Part shown: one piece after another, positions 9,619 through 21,587 of the stretch | Layout of the letters: the number at the start of each line of letters is the position of its first letter | Numbering within the stretch: position 1 is the stretch's first letter | Assembly: GCF_964194025.1 (NCBI RefSeq) | Contig: NC_134472.1 | Span: 48,422,001 to 48,486,000, forward strand | From: Convolutriloba macropyga | Lineage: Eukaryota | Direction of reading: 5' to 3' | DNA: 64,000 nucleotides | The notes under the pieces: generated by a model | Seen by the model: only the letters and a program-made list of their open reading frames with translations | What the model was told of the DNA's origin: nothing | Database searches by the model: none | Translations under genes and position numbers: made by a program

Positions 9619-11248
9619 ATAAGTTTTTGTATTCGTTCTCGAAGATGTATAGGTACTTTACTTATTCTTTGTTTTTTGAATATTGCATCTTTTTTTATTG
9701 GTAAGTTCAATTTTACTTTTGTTTTTCCTACGTCAAATTTTGTTGTTGCGTAGACTTGTCTATAATCAAATATGATTTTTACTACTTTTTCAAATTCTTC
9801 TTGTGTTAAGTGTGAATGTTGAAAATCAAACATTGTTATGAATTCTTTTTCTTGTTCTGAATATTTGTTAATATTAAATTTGCATTTGAAGTTTGGTTTT
9901 CTTTCAAATGTTGCGACTTGTTCAATAGTTTCGTTTTCTTGTATGTTTAATATTTCATCGATATCGTTTTCATTTTCGTATGTCAGATGGTATAGTGCTT
10001 GGAATAAGTCGATAGAGTTTGTTTGGTATAGTTCGTTATCTTGTTTTTTGAAGCTAATATTTCTGTTCATGAAACCAATGAGCCCTGTATTTATTGTTAT
10101 TCGGTGTCTATTTTTGTTGATCAATAGTATGTCCATAAAGTATTCTTCGTCTGAGGAAAAATCCTTTATGTCTGTAAATGATACGTTATGATATTTCTTT
10201 ATTGGTTCGAAATAGAATTTCGATTTCTGTATTGTTTTTTCATTTGAGTGTTTCATTTGTTCAAATATTGGTATTGGGAATGTTATGCTTTTCTGTTGAT
10301 TTGGTTCTATATAGATTGTTCCTCTATTAATGATTGTGTATAATCGAGAGTAGTAAAGATAACCTTTAGTACTATTCATGTAGAATATAATATCGTTGTC
10401 TAAATTTGTATTTGTATTTAATGTTAGTTTGTTGGTATTAACATTTATCGTCTCGATATATTCTTTGAAGAATGGTGTACCCAATATATTATGATTGCAT
10501 TGTGTTACATAGAAGTGAATGCAAAAAGTGGTTTGTGGTTTGTTTCTATTGTTAGAAATTCTGTCTGGTGTTAAATTCAGTGTTACTGTTCCGAATGTGT
10601 CTATTTTTGTATTATTTTCAGCTGTTAGTGTTTTGCTTGCTTTGTCCAAGATCATTTCTGGGTTATTGTATTTGATTTCATTCCATGTATCTTCATTTAG
10701 TAAGTTTAATGTTGCTCCTGAATCTAATAGGAAATCTATTTCTAACATAGGTTTTTGTTTTGTAAAGTCCTGTTCAAATTTCTGATATTGATACATTGGT
10801 AATATCCATGTTGGGTTGCTTTCTAATGTATTTATTACAGTATTGCATGTACCTTCATTGGCATTGTAAAATTTATCTAGTATTTCTTGATCTTCGTCTG
10901 AGGACTCTGATGTGTACTCATATTCGTCGAATCCTGGTGGATCGTTATTTGCTTTTTCTTGTCCTACGCTATTTATTCGGTTTTTGCTATTGTTGTTTCC
11001 ATCATTTCTCCGTTCTTTTGAATAATGTCTGTTATTTTGTTCTCGTTGGGATGAGTATCCTCTATTATCTCTGTTATTGTTATTTGAATGATTTCTATTG
11101 TTACTATTAGAACGTTGTCTATAGTTATCGTTTCTATTTGAATCTCTACTGTTGTATCTTTGTCGATTATTATTATTATTGTTTTTGTTACTATTATAAG
11201 GTGATTGTTGTCTTGAATTATTTCTGTCATTGTATCTTGAATTTGATC

Positions 11249-11282
<34 letters not shown>

Positions 11283-11645
11283 GTATTTGTTATAGCTGTT
11301 GCTTCTATGATAACTGTTGCTTCTGTTTCTATTGTAGTTATTCCTGTTATAACTAGTACTTCTGTTATTATAATTATTTGATCTTTGATATCCTTGATTG
11401 TTTCTACTATCTCTGGAATGTCTATTATGGTAGTTATTTCTTGAATGTGATCTGTATGGTGTCCGACTTCTGGAGTTGTTATATATTGGTGATGTCGGTG
11501 GTAGTTGTCTGCCATTGACATTATTTGAGTCAATTCTTCTATTTGGTAAGTTTTGATTGTTTCTCATGTGACTGTAGAATGATCTTTCTTTCGGTCTTGT
11601 AACACTACCTCGACGTGGTCTCTTGAAACATCTTCCCTTTGTGTG
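9600..11645 (-). CDS. pol: Gag-Pol continuation: N/R/S-rich linker, aspartic protease, probable degenerate dUTPase-like domain, start of RT
   Basis: In frame with gag across the TGA. Contains FLLDSGATLNLL and NILGTPFF (protease) and IFKKQRISKVP (RT start). Frameshift near 9615. Confidence 0.88.
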
Positions 11646-14039
11646 TCAATGTGTGCTACAATAGCTACAAAACAGTGCAAACTTTGGTCTTCCTTTAAAA
11701 TTCTTTTTGTCATATGTATTGTTAATTCCGTTTAGAACATTGCATATTGTTCCTTCGAATTGTTCTAAGTCGTTTTGATTAAGTTCATTTATATTATTAC
11801 AGGCTATATTCATTTGTTTTAGATCTTCATTAATATTTGTTGTACTCTGGTTTACTTCATATAATCTTTTGTGATTATTAGTTATTGTTCTTGTTAGATC
11901 CATTTGGTCTATTTTCTCTACTAATGTTTTGAATGGCATTTCTGGTTCTCGTGGAGTTTGTTTGTGGTTTGCATGTTTCTTTAATGCTGCGTTTTTTAAT
12001 TCGTTGTCTAAACATCTTATGAACGTTTGGTTCATAACACTATTTCTGTAATCTTCTGTGTATAGAGAATAAGCAGTTTTGACAAGAGTTTCTATTCTTA
12101 ACGCTAATGATCTGAGTGATTCGTTTGTATGTTTTTGTAATTGTTGTAATATGATTTTTGCTTGTTGTTTTGATTTTTCCGAATCAAACATATCTGAAAA
12201 TTCTTTGCAAAATGTTTCCCAATCTAATTTTGTTTCACTTGGAAGTGTCGAATACCATTTTTGTGCAGGTCCCTGTAAAGTATGTAGTATTAACGCTGCT
12301 CTTTTTACTTTCCATTGGTGATGTCCTGGTTTATTTACCGGTTCAATGCCACTGCTGAATATCATAGCAGCGACAATGCTATTTAAATATTCTTCAACGG
12401 TATATGCTGGGTCTGTTCCATCGAATGGTCTTATTGTTGTTGGTACTGAACCACTGCTAATGTTTTGTTCAATTTGAGGGTCTTCGTTTATGCTCATTGA
12501 TGTTAATTGTTTATAAAATGGTAGAGGTGGTTCTACTACTGTTGTTTCCCTTTCTTCTGTTGTGATTGAATTTGTTCTTCTATTTTGATTTCCTTGTTGT
12601 TGATTACTATGTCTATCAGTATTTTGTATGTTTTCATTTGTTGTATGTTCATGGTTTCTGTTATGAAAAGGATTTTTTTGGTTTCTGTTATGTAATGGAT
12701 GTTCGTATTCCGTTCTATAGTTATTTTGTCCTTGTAGATTGTCAAGAGTTCTATCCAATTTATTGATAACCATTTCTAGTGCTTCTTCTTGTCTTTTTTC
12801 CATATTTTGGCTCATTCGATGATATTTTTCTTCTAGGTTATTTATTAATTTATTAGTATGTTTTGTTACTGTTTGTGTAATTTCGTTTTTTAAGTCTTCA
12901 TAATTATATTGTTGTTGTTGCCAATTTTGTTCTTGGTTTCTATATTTGTTATCTACCGAGTTGATGTACATTCTGTTGCTGTTAATTTCGTCCTTGTTTT
13001 GGTATTTTCGTCTGTTTTGGTTTACCGATGGTGGAAATTGATTGTCAGATCTAATTTCTCTTTCATCTGAATCAGAATTGTCTACATCTTCTATTGTATT
13101 ATTGTTGTTTCCGAATAAATTTGATGTTAATAGTTTATCTGGTTTTATTGTTGATTTTTGTTTTACTTGTGAATTGTTGCTCAGTTGTGTATCTTTTGGT
13201 GTTGACGTTGATGTTGAACTTTTTGTTATATTAAATGATGATGATCCTGATTGTCCTTGATCCAGTATTTTCACGTAATTTTCCAATCCTTCAATGAAAT
13301 TAATACTGTCTGAACTGATCTGTAAAGTACTTTCAAAATTTTCTGAACAATATTCTTTATCCCAAATATTTTTGAGTTCATCACAGAGATATCCTATTTC
13401 GTTAGGATATGTCTCTCCGAACTGTATTCGTTTTTCGTTTATATGTTCAAAATTGTCTAACCAAAAGAGGAAAGTAAATTCAGATACTATTTTTATGATA
13501 TCTATTGAAGCTGTTTTTATTTCTGGTTTTAGTTCTATTATTTTTGTCAACCAATTATTATAGTTTTTGATGTCAAATCTTAATCTGTCATTCACAGACT
13601 GTACCTGTTGACGACTTTCATTGAGATATCCACTTGTGTTTCTTATTATGTTGTATGTTGTGGATGTTATTGCTGTTTGTTTTGTTCTATCCTGTGATTC
13701 TTCATGTCTTTTTAAAAATATTTTTAGCATTTCCGATAATGTTGTTTCATTTTGGAAATTAAAATATGTTCTTCTGTTGTTATTTTCATTTGTTAATACA
13801 AATGTATAGTTTTTGTTGTATCTATCACTATTCAGTAGTATTACTGGTAGATAGTGTGTCAAATGGTTGCGGTTGATTTTGATTTGTTGTATATGATCTG
13901 TTTCTTTGAAGAGGTTTCTCTTCAAATTTATGATTATTCTGTAATTTAATTCTGTATTTTCTTGTGGACAATCATTTGCGATAACAAAAGGTGTTAATTC
14001 GTTATTATGGTTTGATTGTGTATCAAATTTGGAAGCCAT
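11646..14039 (-). CDS. gag: Gag (long N-terminal extension, capsid domain, CCHC knuckle broken by TGA)
   Basis: 797 aa ORF with FDGTDP..VEEYL, LQGPAQKWY, DWETFCKEF and LQKHTNESL. It ends CSYCSTH*HTKGRC and the frame stays open into 11567. Confidence 0.9.
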   Translation of the reverse strand: MASKFDTQSNHNNELTPFVIANDCPQENTELNYRIIINLKRNLFKETDHIQQIKINRNHLTHYLPVILLNSDRYNKNYTFVLTNENNNRRTYFNFQNETTLSEMLKIFLKRHEESQDRTKQTAITSTTYNIIRNTSGYLNESRQQVQSVNDRLRFDIKNYNNWLTKIIELKPEIKTASIDIIKIVSEFTFLFWLDNFEHINEKRIQFGETYPNEIGYLCDELKNIWDKEYCSENFESTLQISSDSINFIEGLENYVKILDQGQSGSSSFNITKSSTSTSTPKDTQLSNNSQVKQKSTIKPDKLLTSNLFGNNNNTIEDVDNSDSDEREIRSDNQFPPSVNQNRRKYQNKDEINSNRMYINSVDNKYRNQEQNWQQQQYNYEDLKNEITQTVTKHTNKLINNLEEKYHRMSQNMEKRQEEALEMVINKLDRTLDNLQGQNNYRTEYEHPLHNRNQKNPFHNRNHEHTTNENIQNTDRHSNQQQGNQNRRTNSITTEERETTVVEPPLPFYKQLTSMSINEDPQIEQNISSGSVPTTIRPFDGTDPAYTVEEYLNSIVAAMIFSSGIEPVNKPGHHQWKVKRAALILHTLQGPAQKWYSTLPSETKLDWETFCKEFSDMFDSEKSKQQAKIILQQLQKHTNESLRSLALRIETLVKTAYSLYTEDYRNSVMNQTFIRCLDNELKNAALKKHANHKQTPREPEMPFKTLVEKIDQMDLTRTITNNHKRLYEVNQSTTNINEDLKQMNIACNNINELNQNDLEQFEGTICNVLNGINNTYDKKNFKGRPKFALFCSYCSTH

Positions 14040-14166
14040 TTGTTATTCTTTGAATTTTAATCCGTTCTGTTTTTCTAACAATAGTTTTTGTTATATCCCT
14101 CAGAAATTATAATTGTTTACCCAATTTAGTTCAGCACTGGTCGCACCAGATAAGACGTGTTCTAGA

Positions 14167-14243
14167 GCTTACCTTTGTTAGGGTACTTTCTGAACTGTCT
14201 TATGGTTGTCTCAAGAATACTAGTTAATCTTAAGGCTTACCTG
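14167..14243 (-). promoter_or_regulatory. Two consensus 5' splice donors in the leader (CAG|GTAAGC at 14240; AAG|GTAAGC at 14172)
   Basis: Near-perfect donor consensus located between PBS and the gag ATG. Confidence 0.5.
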
Positions 14244-14301
14244 ACTAACTAAAGTTCTATTCCTCTAGTCTGTTACTCTTCTATCTGAGCTTCAGTAGAC
14301 G

Positions 14302-14316
14302 GTGCACGGGCCCCAA
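14302..14316 (-). promoter_or_regulatory. Putative primer-binding site (TTGGGGCCCGTGCAC), possibly tRNA-Pro-like
   Basis: Immediately follows the LTR-terminal CA. Matches 10/13 positions of the usual tRNA-Pro PBS TGGGGGCTCGTCC. Confidence 0.45.
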
Positions 14317-14767
14317 TGCTACGGTCTAACGTTTATCTCAATACAAAACAAGAGCGGAGTAGAGAGAGAGAAATATACTCTATTATTAAATCAGGATGGT
14401 AACTGGTACTGACTAAATTACTTTCTCTTCTGCTGAGAGAGGGTAGATGGGTAAACACATAAAGGAAAAGGAGGATAAAATAATATATCATTTTTATCCA
14501 ATCAGGAAAGAGTATTTCAGTCTTTTTCTGAATAAAGTCTTTCAAATATTAAATATTCTTTTTTGGAAGTCATGCCTGACTCCAAGGTCGCGCTGGTTTC
14601 GTTGTTTTTCTTGTTTTTTCATTGTTTTTGTTTTTTGACACTTCTTGTCCTACGTTTTCGGCACTACGTTTTTCTAGTCTATTGCTGTTTTGCGCATGTC
14701 GTGCTCTACGTTTTTTAAATTGTGCAATGTTGACTTTTCCTCTGTTATAGATGGTTTGGATGCAGCA
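14317..14767 (-). repeat. Putative 5' LTR (~450 bp)
   Basis: Minus strand starts TGCTGC (14767) and ends GTAGCA (14317), an imperfect TGCT..AGCA inverted pair. It is followed by a PBS-like motif and the compositional skew ends here. The partner LTR is outside the window, so boundaries are unconfirmed. Confidence 0.55.
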
Positions 14768-15207
14768 ACGATTCAACCCAACTTCAACTCAGCTTCAACC
14801 CATCTGCAAACCAAGAAAATTAAGAGAAAATCAAGAAAAAATGTTGAAAAGTCTTCGAAATGAAAAACAAGAAAGAAGATCGACGATGGCAGAATTTTTC
14901 TGATGCCGTATATTAAAAATTTTCCGATGTTTTTTCTTGCTTTTTTGTCGATGCACAGAATATGTGTACAGCTGGAATTTCGAACCGTCTCGGTTTTTTT
15001 TTCTTGAGTTAGCACGAAATAGGAACATTTTGCGCGTTTTTTTGGCCCTGAAAATACTTGCAAAAGAAGGTTTATCTTTTAGGAATCTGCCAGAAAAAAA
15101 TGGGTATCTTGTAGGAATCTGGCAGAAAAACAGTTATCTTGTAAAATGCGTCCTCTCGTAAGAATCTGCCAGATTCATGCAAGATAACCATCCATTTTGG
15201 ACTAGGG
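14768..15207. mobile_element. Right part of a CCC/GGG-ended (CMC/EnSpm-like) non-autonomous DNA element, probably the retroelement's target
   Basis: Subterminal repeats (GAATCTGCCAGA/ATCTTGTA) and terminus ...GGACTAGGG, similar in layout to the MITE at 21588. No left end in the window. Confidence 0.4.
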
Positions 15208-16574
15208 TATACAATTATATACAAACGGCTTTGACAATTTAATTGTGCAGCCAGATTTTGAATTTAGGATGTATACGGTAATCAAACTTTGTTTACAATG
15301 TTAGCAGACAAAGAATAATCGTGTTTTTAATACTTTTTCGCTATTTTTTCGCAGGAATAGCTTTATGGTACTATTTTTTTTCAACAACAAAAATTCATTC
15401 ATTCGTCTACCGGTACCGGCAATTTATTGTGACTAAAATAATGGATCTCTAAGGACCAAAAAGAAATTTTTGGGGGGTGCAAAAGGACTGGCTATATAAG
15501 GCTGGGGGAATAACAGAAAAGAGCCCTCTTTTGTAACTTTAATATGCTATAGTACTGCACTCAAAGTTAAAAATGATTAACTTGAACGGCTCATTATTTC
15601 ACTTGGAATCGTGTCAAATAATGATCTTTATACTTTTTAAGGATATTTCAAATCAAATAACTAAATGCACCTCCACAAACTTATTACTATTGCTAATCCA
15701 TCGCACAGAGACAGTCAGTCTAAAAGGGATGCGTATGAATACATGCAAGGATAAATGAGTGCGTGCTTGGCAAAAATTTCTCAAATACTTCGGCTCAATG
15801 TGTCCTTACAGACATGTGATTAGACAAGGTACCAACAAATGCAGTCTCGGAAACAATTCTCCCGTAGCATTTAAGCTAATGAAAGTTAACCGAAAGTCGG
15901 CAAAAATTATTTATGAACTTTCTTAATCAAGAAAATTTTTCGAGTACCATTTTTGCATCAAAGTATCATAAAATCAATGAATCCACACATGAAGAGATAT
16001 CAGAAATATCAACCCATCACAATCGGGTGAAAAACTATTATCTACTCCAAAAAATATGACTTCTTTAATCGCCTCATCAACTTAAAAGGAAAATGCTAAA
16101 TGATAACTAACAATCTGTATGCAAAATATGTCACCCAAAGACCTTTCTGCATTTTGACCACACGATTGAGATATATCCTCCACAATATTTGTATCCGGAA
16201 AAAATTCAAACTTGCATTGCGTCAGGGCTTACTTTAATTCTTGTAAGGCCAATTTAGTTTCCGGATTTAGCGCCATCGAAATAGTGGGAATTCTTTCTCT
16301 ATTAAACACAAAGATGGTACATGTACTATCGCAGACATATTTCATCACTGCTTCTCTATCTTAGCCCAATAACTAGGAAGGTTTTAATCCACCTCAAATT
16401 TCCCCTTTTGCTGCACCTCCGACAGCCGAATGCCGAATAGGTTTATAATTTAGAAGGTCAATTTATGCCGTTTTGAATACTTTCAGGAGACTTCTTCATC
16501 GATTCACAAAATAGAATCACAGAATATTTATAGCATTAACAAGTAATAAACAAATCATTGAGTTTCATAACACA

Positions 16575-19500
16575 ATGTCGACAGGAATTACCAGAACCCA
16601 TATTCCGACTGGAATTTCAACACTTATTATACTTTATTCAATAATATTAGGTTGCAGGTGCTGGAATGCTTATGATATTGAATATACGCGCTGGAATTTT
16701 GCCGACGTGGAATTACTCTTGGAACCTGAGTCGGCCATTGACTACAATATTTCGTCAATAGAATTGAAAAGAGTGTGCAAATATTGTCAAAACGGTGAAG
16801 TTAGGCAAGCTCAAGGAAAGTTGTGCATTCCAAAGTATGAGGAACCAACTTCATTTCGAAATGGTTGTGATGCAAACGAGTATAGAGTGTGTGACAAATA
16901 CAAAGGTTCAATTGCAATGGTCGGGAGAGGAGGCTGTCAGATGATTGAGAAGGCAAAAGCTGCTGAAGAACACTCCATCACTGGATTGATCATCATCGAA
17001 ACATCGAAAACCTCAGACCCGTCGGATTTAAAAAGTTAGTTTTAAATGAACGAAAAAAATAAAGATAAAAATAAATCAATATAGCATGCAGATTGCAAGA
17101 AGGTAGCTGCGATAGCTTCAAAGACCTGTAGTCTTAAAATGCAAATGAGAAGAAAGAGAGTTCTTTCTTTTTGTGGAAGATAGAAAATGCTTTTATATCG
17201 AAAACATAAATATCTCTTTTAATGAGAAGAAAGAAAGCTTTTTATCGGTTCTTGTTTTCGGAACGGTGAATACTTAAAAAAACGTATATTTTCTCAATGG
17301 AACAAATTCTGTTGTTCTTTTATTTATCTATTTATCATCTTTTATGAGTTTTTTTTTATTTTTTAAAAATCGAATCATATTTTGGGGGATGAGTTGCTCT
17401 ATAATTGTGAGTTGCTCTGTTTTTTTTTACTTTTTTAAATAGTTTTCCTTATAATCAAAAATAGAATCATATTTTGAGGGAAGAGTTGCTCTAATAATAA
17501 CAAATTATTAAAAGAGAGGAAATAATAAAAAGAGCATTTAAATGTCCAGACTTTTGGCGTTATGGCATTGAAAAACATAGGTCTCTCTAAAAAAGGGGGA
17601 AGTAGGATACAATAAAACGCATAGGATGAATAAATTGCAAAAAAACGGGCTATACAATGAAAAAAAAAGAAAATTCATTTAAAACTGGCCTAGTACTCAT
17701 ATTGCGGGTGCTTGTTTCCCCTCAGAACCAACAACAACCAACCAAGTTGGGTCTCTATGTACGCATAATAATAATTCCAGGCTCGGGAAAAGCCAAACGT
17801 CTAACTGCTTGCTGTAATTTTAACCTTCAAGCGAAAAAAAGTAATTACCAAGAACTAATTTGAAAGGAGCATGATATCATATGGTTAGAATAATTGTAAT
17901 TTTAACGAAAACTACGCTTTTCATTGAATGAAGGTAAGTAACCAATTTAAAGTACATAGAAGCAGACAGATTGCTGGATTTTAGGTTCGATAGAATCAAA
18001 ACCCTGGAGACTCAAAATACAAATGACAGTACCAAGTCCTAAAAATTGGAAAACAGATATGGATTTGTTGGAATAGTTTTTTTCTGTGTAGTGAAATTTG
18101 GCAGTCAAATAAATTAGAATCAAATAATGATCCTCTGAATTGATATTAACTCCTCTTAAAAAAATTCAAAAATGGTTTTCAGAGAGATAAAATGTCATTT
18201 TGATAGTGAAAAGAGCTTCAGGCGAAACAATAATACCATGAGCTGATTTGAAACGAGCGCGTCATCATATGGTCAGAATAAAAATACTGACTAAATAAAA
18301 AAAGGAGTGGTCATGAAATGTAATCTAAAGAATTGCATGAAAAGAAACAAAATCTTCAAACTAAACAGATCAAATGCGAGCGAAACCGATAAATTTACTA
18401 AAAGAGAGGAAATAAAAAAGAGCATTTAAATGTCCATACTTTTGGCGTTAGGGCTTTTAATAAAATGGTTCTCTATAAAAAAAGAAGAACTAGAATACAA
18501 TGAAACGTATATCCAGAAAAAATTGCAAAAACCTGGCTATACCATTAAAAATAGAAAATTTATTTAAAATTTACCAAGGATTCATGTTGCTGGTGCTTAT
18601 GTCCTCTGAGAACCAACAAATTTCAACCAAGTCAGTTTTCTATGTACGCATAAGACTAATTCCAGGTTCGGGAAAAGTCAAACGTCTAACTACCTACTGT
18701 AATTCTAAAAAGCAGAACGGATAAATCTTGTTAAAAAAACTCGACTCTTCGTGACTTCATTATATTTATGACTCTTCCTGAATTCATTATATTATCCAAC
18801 AATTAAGTCTTAAAAAACAAAATTTTGTTGCCATTAACTATACACATTAAATTACAATGTGCAAGAAATCTGATTTGAGCTATACGAGAGAGTCTATGCC
18901 AAAAGCGATTTAAAAAGTTCGAAAGTTTTTTAAAGGTTAGCTCAAATTTTTTTTTAAAAAAAATAGCTAAAGTCATGACAACTAAGGTCCTTAGAAACCC
19001 AATTTGTTATGATAAGATCTAAAAATAACGCACGCATTTACTTTTACCCAAATTATTTGAGGAAAAGAAAAAGGAAAAATTCGGTATTAATTGTTGTAAA
19101 TGGCCCGAGACGAGGAAAATCTTGTTTGAACAAATCGTCCATGGATGGCAGAATGCATGTATCCAGAATGATTATGGACAAATGTTTTTAAAACAGATGG
19201 GCAAACGTTTTAAAATAAATAGCAGCCTAACTTGAGGTGTCTTTTTCTACAAATTTCATTACAAAATCGACACTTTTCACTAAATGAAGAAAAATAATAA
19301 AAATAAAATACAAATAATCTGGCAGATCCCTGGATTTCAGTTTCGTTAGCTTCAAAACCCTGTAGTCTCAAAATAAAAATAAGATTAAAAAGACCCAAAA
19401 ATGGCAAACAGATATTTTGTAAATGTTCTCTTTTATTTACTGAAAATTGGCGGTCAATTAAATTAGAATCAAATTAATATTTTCTCAATTGATATCAACG

Positions 19501-21112
19501 GCTCTTAAATAACGTAAAATTTATTTTGAGAGAGACAAAATGTCATTTTGAGAGTAGGGTCAGTTATATTTGACCGGAGAAGAGCTTCAGGTTAAAAAAA
19601 GTAATTACCAAGAGTTGATTTGGAACGAGGGTGACAATATATGTTGAGAACAAAAACACTTGGCGAATAAATACAGACGTATTAGGACAGCTCATGAAAT
19701 ATAATCCAACAAAATGTATGAAAGAAAAAAATATTCATTCCTTATTCTGACTAAGAGACTAATTGAACATTGCAAGCTACTCAGTATTTTCACAAAAGTA
19801 GAGAAAAATTTTAAAAAACTTCAAAAAATGAAGAAAAAGGGGACTTTTAAAGTAAATGAAGTAATGAAGTAATGAAGAAAAATTTAAAGTAAAAAAGGGA
19901 ACTGAAAAATTGGGTATAACAAAGTTGTGGTCTGACATATAGTGACAAGCAGATATACGCGAAAACACCGAAAACTGTCGACAAATGTAAAATTAGCAAA
20001 AAACGGGAAAAAACTGAAAAATGCGCTACTAAAGGCAACAATGAGTCTCTAAAGCATCTTTTTGAACTGAGCGTGCAGTCTTTTCATCTAGTTTTGAAAG
20101 CTCAAAGTAAACTAAAAAAGTGAGTGAACACATCTTCAAAAAGACAGTGCCATTCATTCCAGACTCTCTGGACTGCAAAATCCTCGAGAGAGACAACAAT
20201 AGATACTCTTCTTTTGCAGCTTACCGAATAACTAATTATTGAAAAACTAATCTGTGTAAATTTATTTTGAGTTTATTTGACAACTTCAACTATTTTAGGG
20301 CTGCCTCAGTCTGATATGGGCTGTATTTAATGCGGAAATCAAAATTATATTTCCAAATTTTAAAAACCAAATTTTAGCTTCTGCGTTTCAACCTCATTGT
20401 TTCTAAGCTAAACAATGGAGCAACATTTTCCGCTTAGATTACGACGGAGATCATGACAATCGATTTGCAAATTACAGATCAACATCTCTAGATCACTCTT
20501 TCATCAAGGACAACGAACGGAGTACTAAAGGTAAAAAACATTTATTAATAGATATTTTACGTCCCCATAAATAGACCACGTCATAAATTTACCACCTTAA
20601 CCTTGTAAATGTTAGTTGTTGTAATACTAGTCTCATCTTTTCATTCATTATTAATACAAAAATAGGCTTTATTTCATGAAATTTTTAGTTATATAAGAAA
20701 AATTGTCATCGACTTTGATGGAAAACCCTAAAAAATAAAATATATATGATTTTTTTCGCTTCAGTGTAGTTAATTCTTGATGCAATTAGTTTTTGAAAAA
20801 TCTTTATTTTCGAAAAACGTCAGTTTAATTAATATTTGAATTTTTCATACATTTTTACCCGAGTTAGAAATGACAACAACTGTTACGTTTTTCACTTTGA
20901 GCTGAATTTTTTCAGTAAAAGTTACGATTCCATTCATTCTCTGTACGAAAAGCACCGGAGAAAGTATCAAATCTTATGTATCCAACGGCACCCACTTCAA
21001 GATTCTCTTCTCCAACGGAGGTGTTTATGGAGCTGAGCTGAGGATTCCCCGGGTTAAGGTCCTCAATGATAGCCACCCTAGATTAGAAAATCTAGATTGT
21101 ATTCAACTATAA
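16575..21112 (+). CDS. Secreted protease-associated (PA) domain protein, 3 exons (16575-17034, 20438-20530, 20916-21112), ~249 aa
   Basis: Signal peptide; KGSIAMVGRGGCQMIEKAKAAE..GLIII in exon 1 and VTIPFILCTKSTGESIK in exon 3; GT-AG phase-1 junctions join into one open frame. Confidence 0.82.
17505..19720 (+). repeat. Diverged intronic direct duplications (17505-17820 ~ 18395-18705; 17970-18340 ~ 19320-19720)
   Basis: Shared blocks such as AGAGCATTTAAATGTCCA.ACTTTTGGCGTTA and GAGAGA.AAAATGTCATTTTGA. Confidence 0.75.
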
Positions 21113-21587
21113 CAAGAACATCTAAAAAATAATTCACCATGACCAGCCATTACCCGTACCATCATTTTTATATCTTTAAACTTGCCTTTTTCGAAAACGG
21201 GTATGGTCAAATTTTGTCATGTTCATTATCCTTTCATTTTTGCTTCCTTCTATCACAATAACCAGTCTTTTACCGCGTCCTATCAGTGTCATCGCTTTTG
21301 CTTCGTTCACAAATGGCCAATATTGTTTTTAAACGTATAAAGTCAGTCAAATGTAATATAACGTATTAATACAAAACTCGAGTTTTCTATTTTGATCCTT
21401 TTTCCTAAATTATTCGTTTAAATTTAAAAAAATCACTCAGAGCTATTTTCCCGCAATTTGATTAATACTACACTAATGCTTGGAAATTGGTCCCTATTTT
21501 TCCACATTATCTAGTAGATTTTCATTTTCTGTTTTTGCTTTCTATTGGAGACTCATTAAAATAAAATTTAGTGTCGTTAAGTTAACG

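Larger units (their letters stand above)
1..14767 (-). mobile_element. Large env-bearing Ty3/gypsy-type LTR retroelement (endogenous-retrovirus-like), 3' end outside window
   Basis: On the minus strand: LTR/PBS, gag, PR (LDSGA), RT (YVDD), RNase H, integrase, accessory ORFs and env. The + strand is strongly T-rich until about 14767, where the skew stops. Confidence 0.93.

Noticed and set aside
10973-11533. 186 aa I/T-rich minus-strand ORF overlapping gag-pol
   Set aside because: Alternative frame of AAT/AAC low-complexity sequence.
11646-11648. Alternative genetic code or selenocysteine to explain in-frame TGAs
   Set aside because: The gag TGA sits at a Gly position, the element also has frameshifts, and TGG is used normally for Trp.
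1152-13809. Many + strand ORFs rich in F/L/V/C/Y
   Set aside because: Antisense shadows of the A-rich minus-strand retroelement; no motifs.
14135-14149. Alternative PBS TGGTGCGACCAG
   Set aside because: Not preceded by an LTR-terminal CA; the site at 14316 fits better, though it remains unproven.
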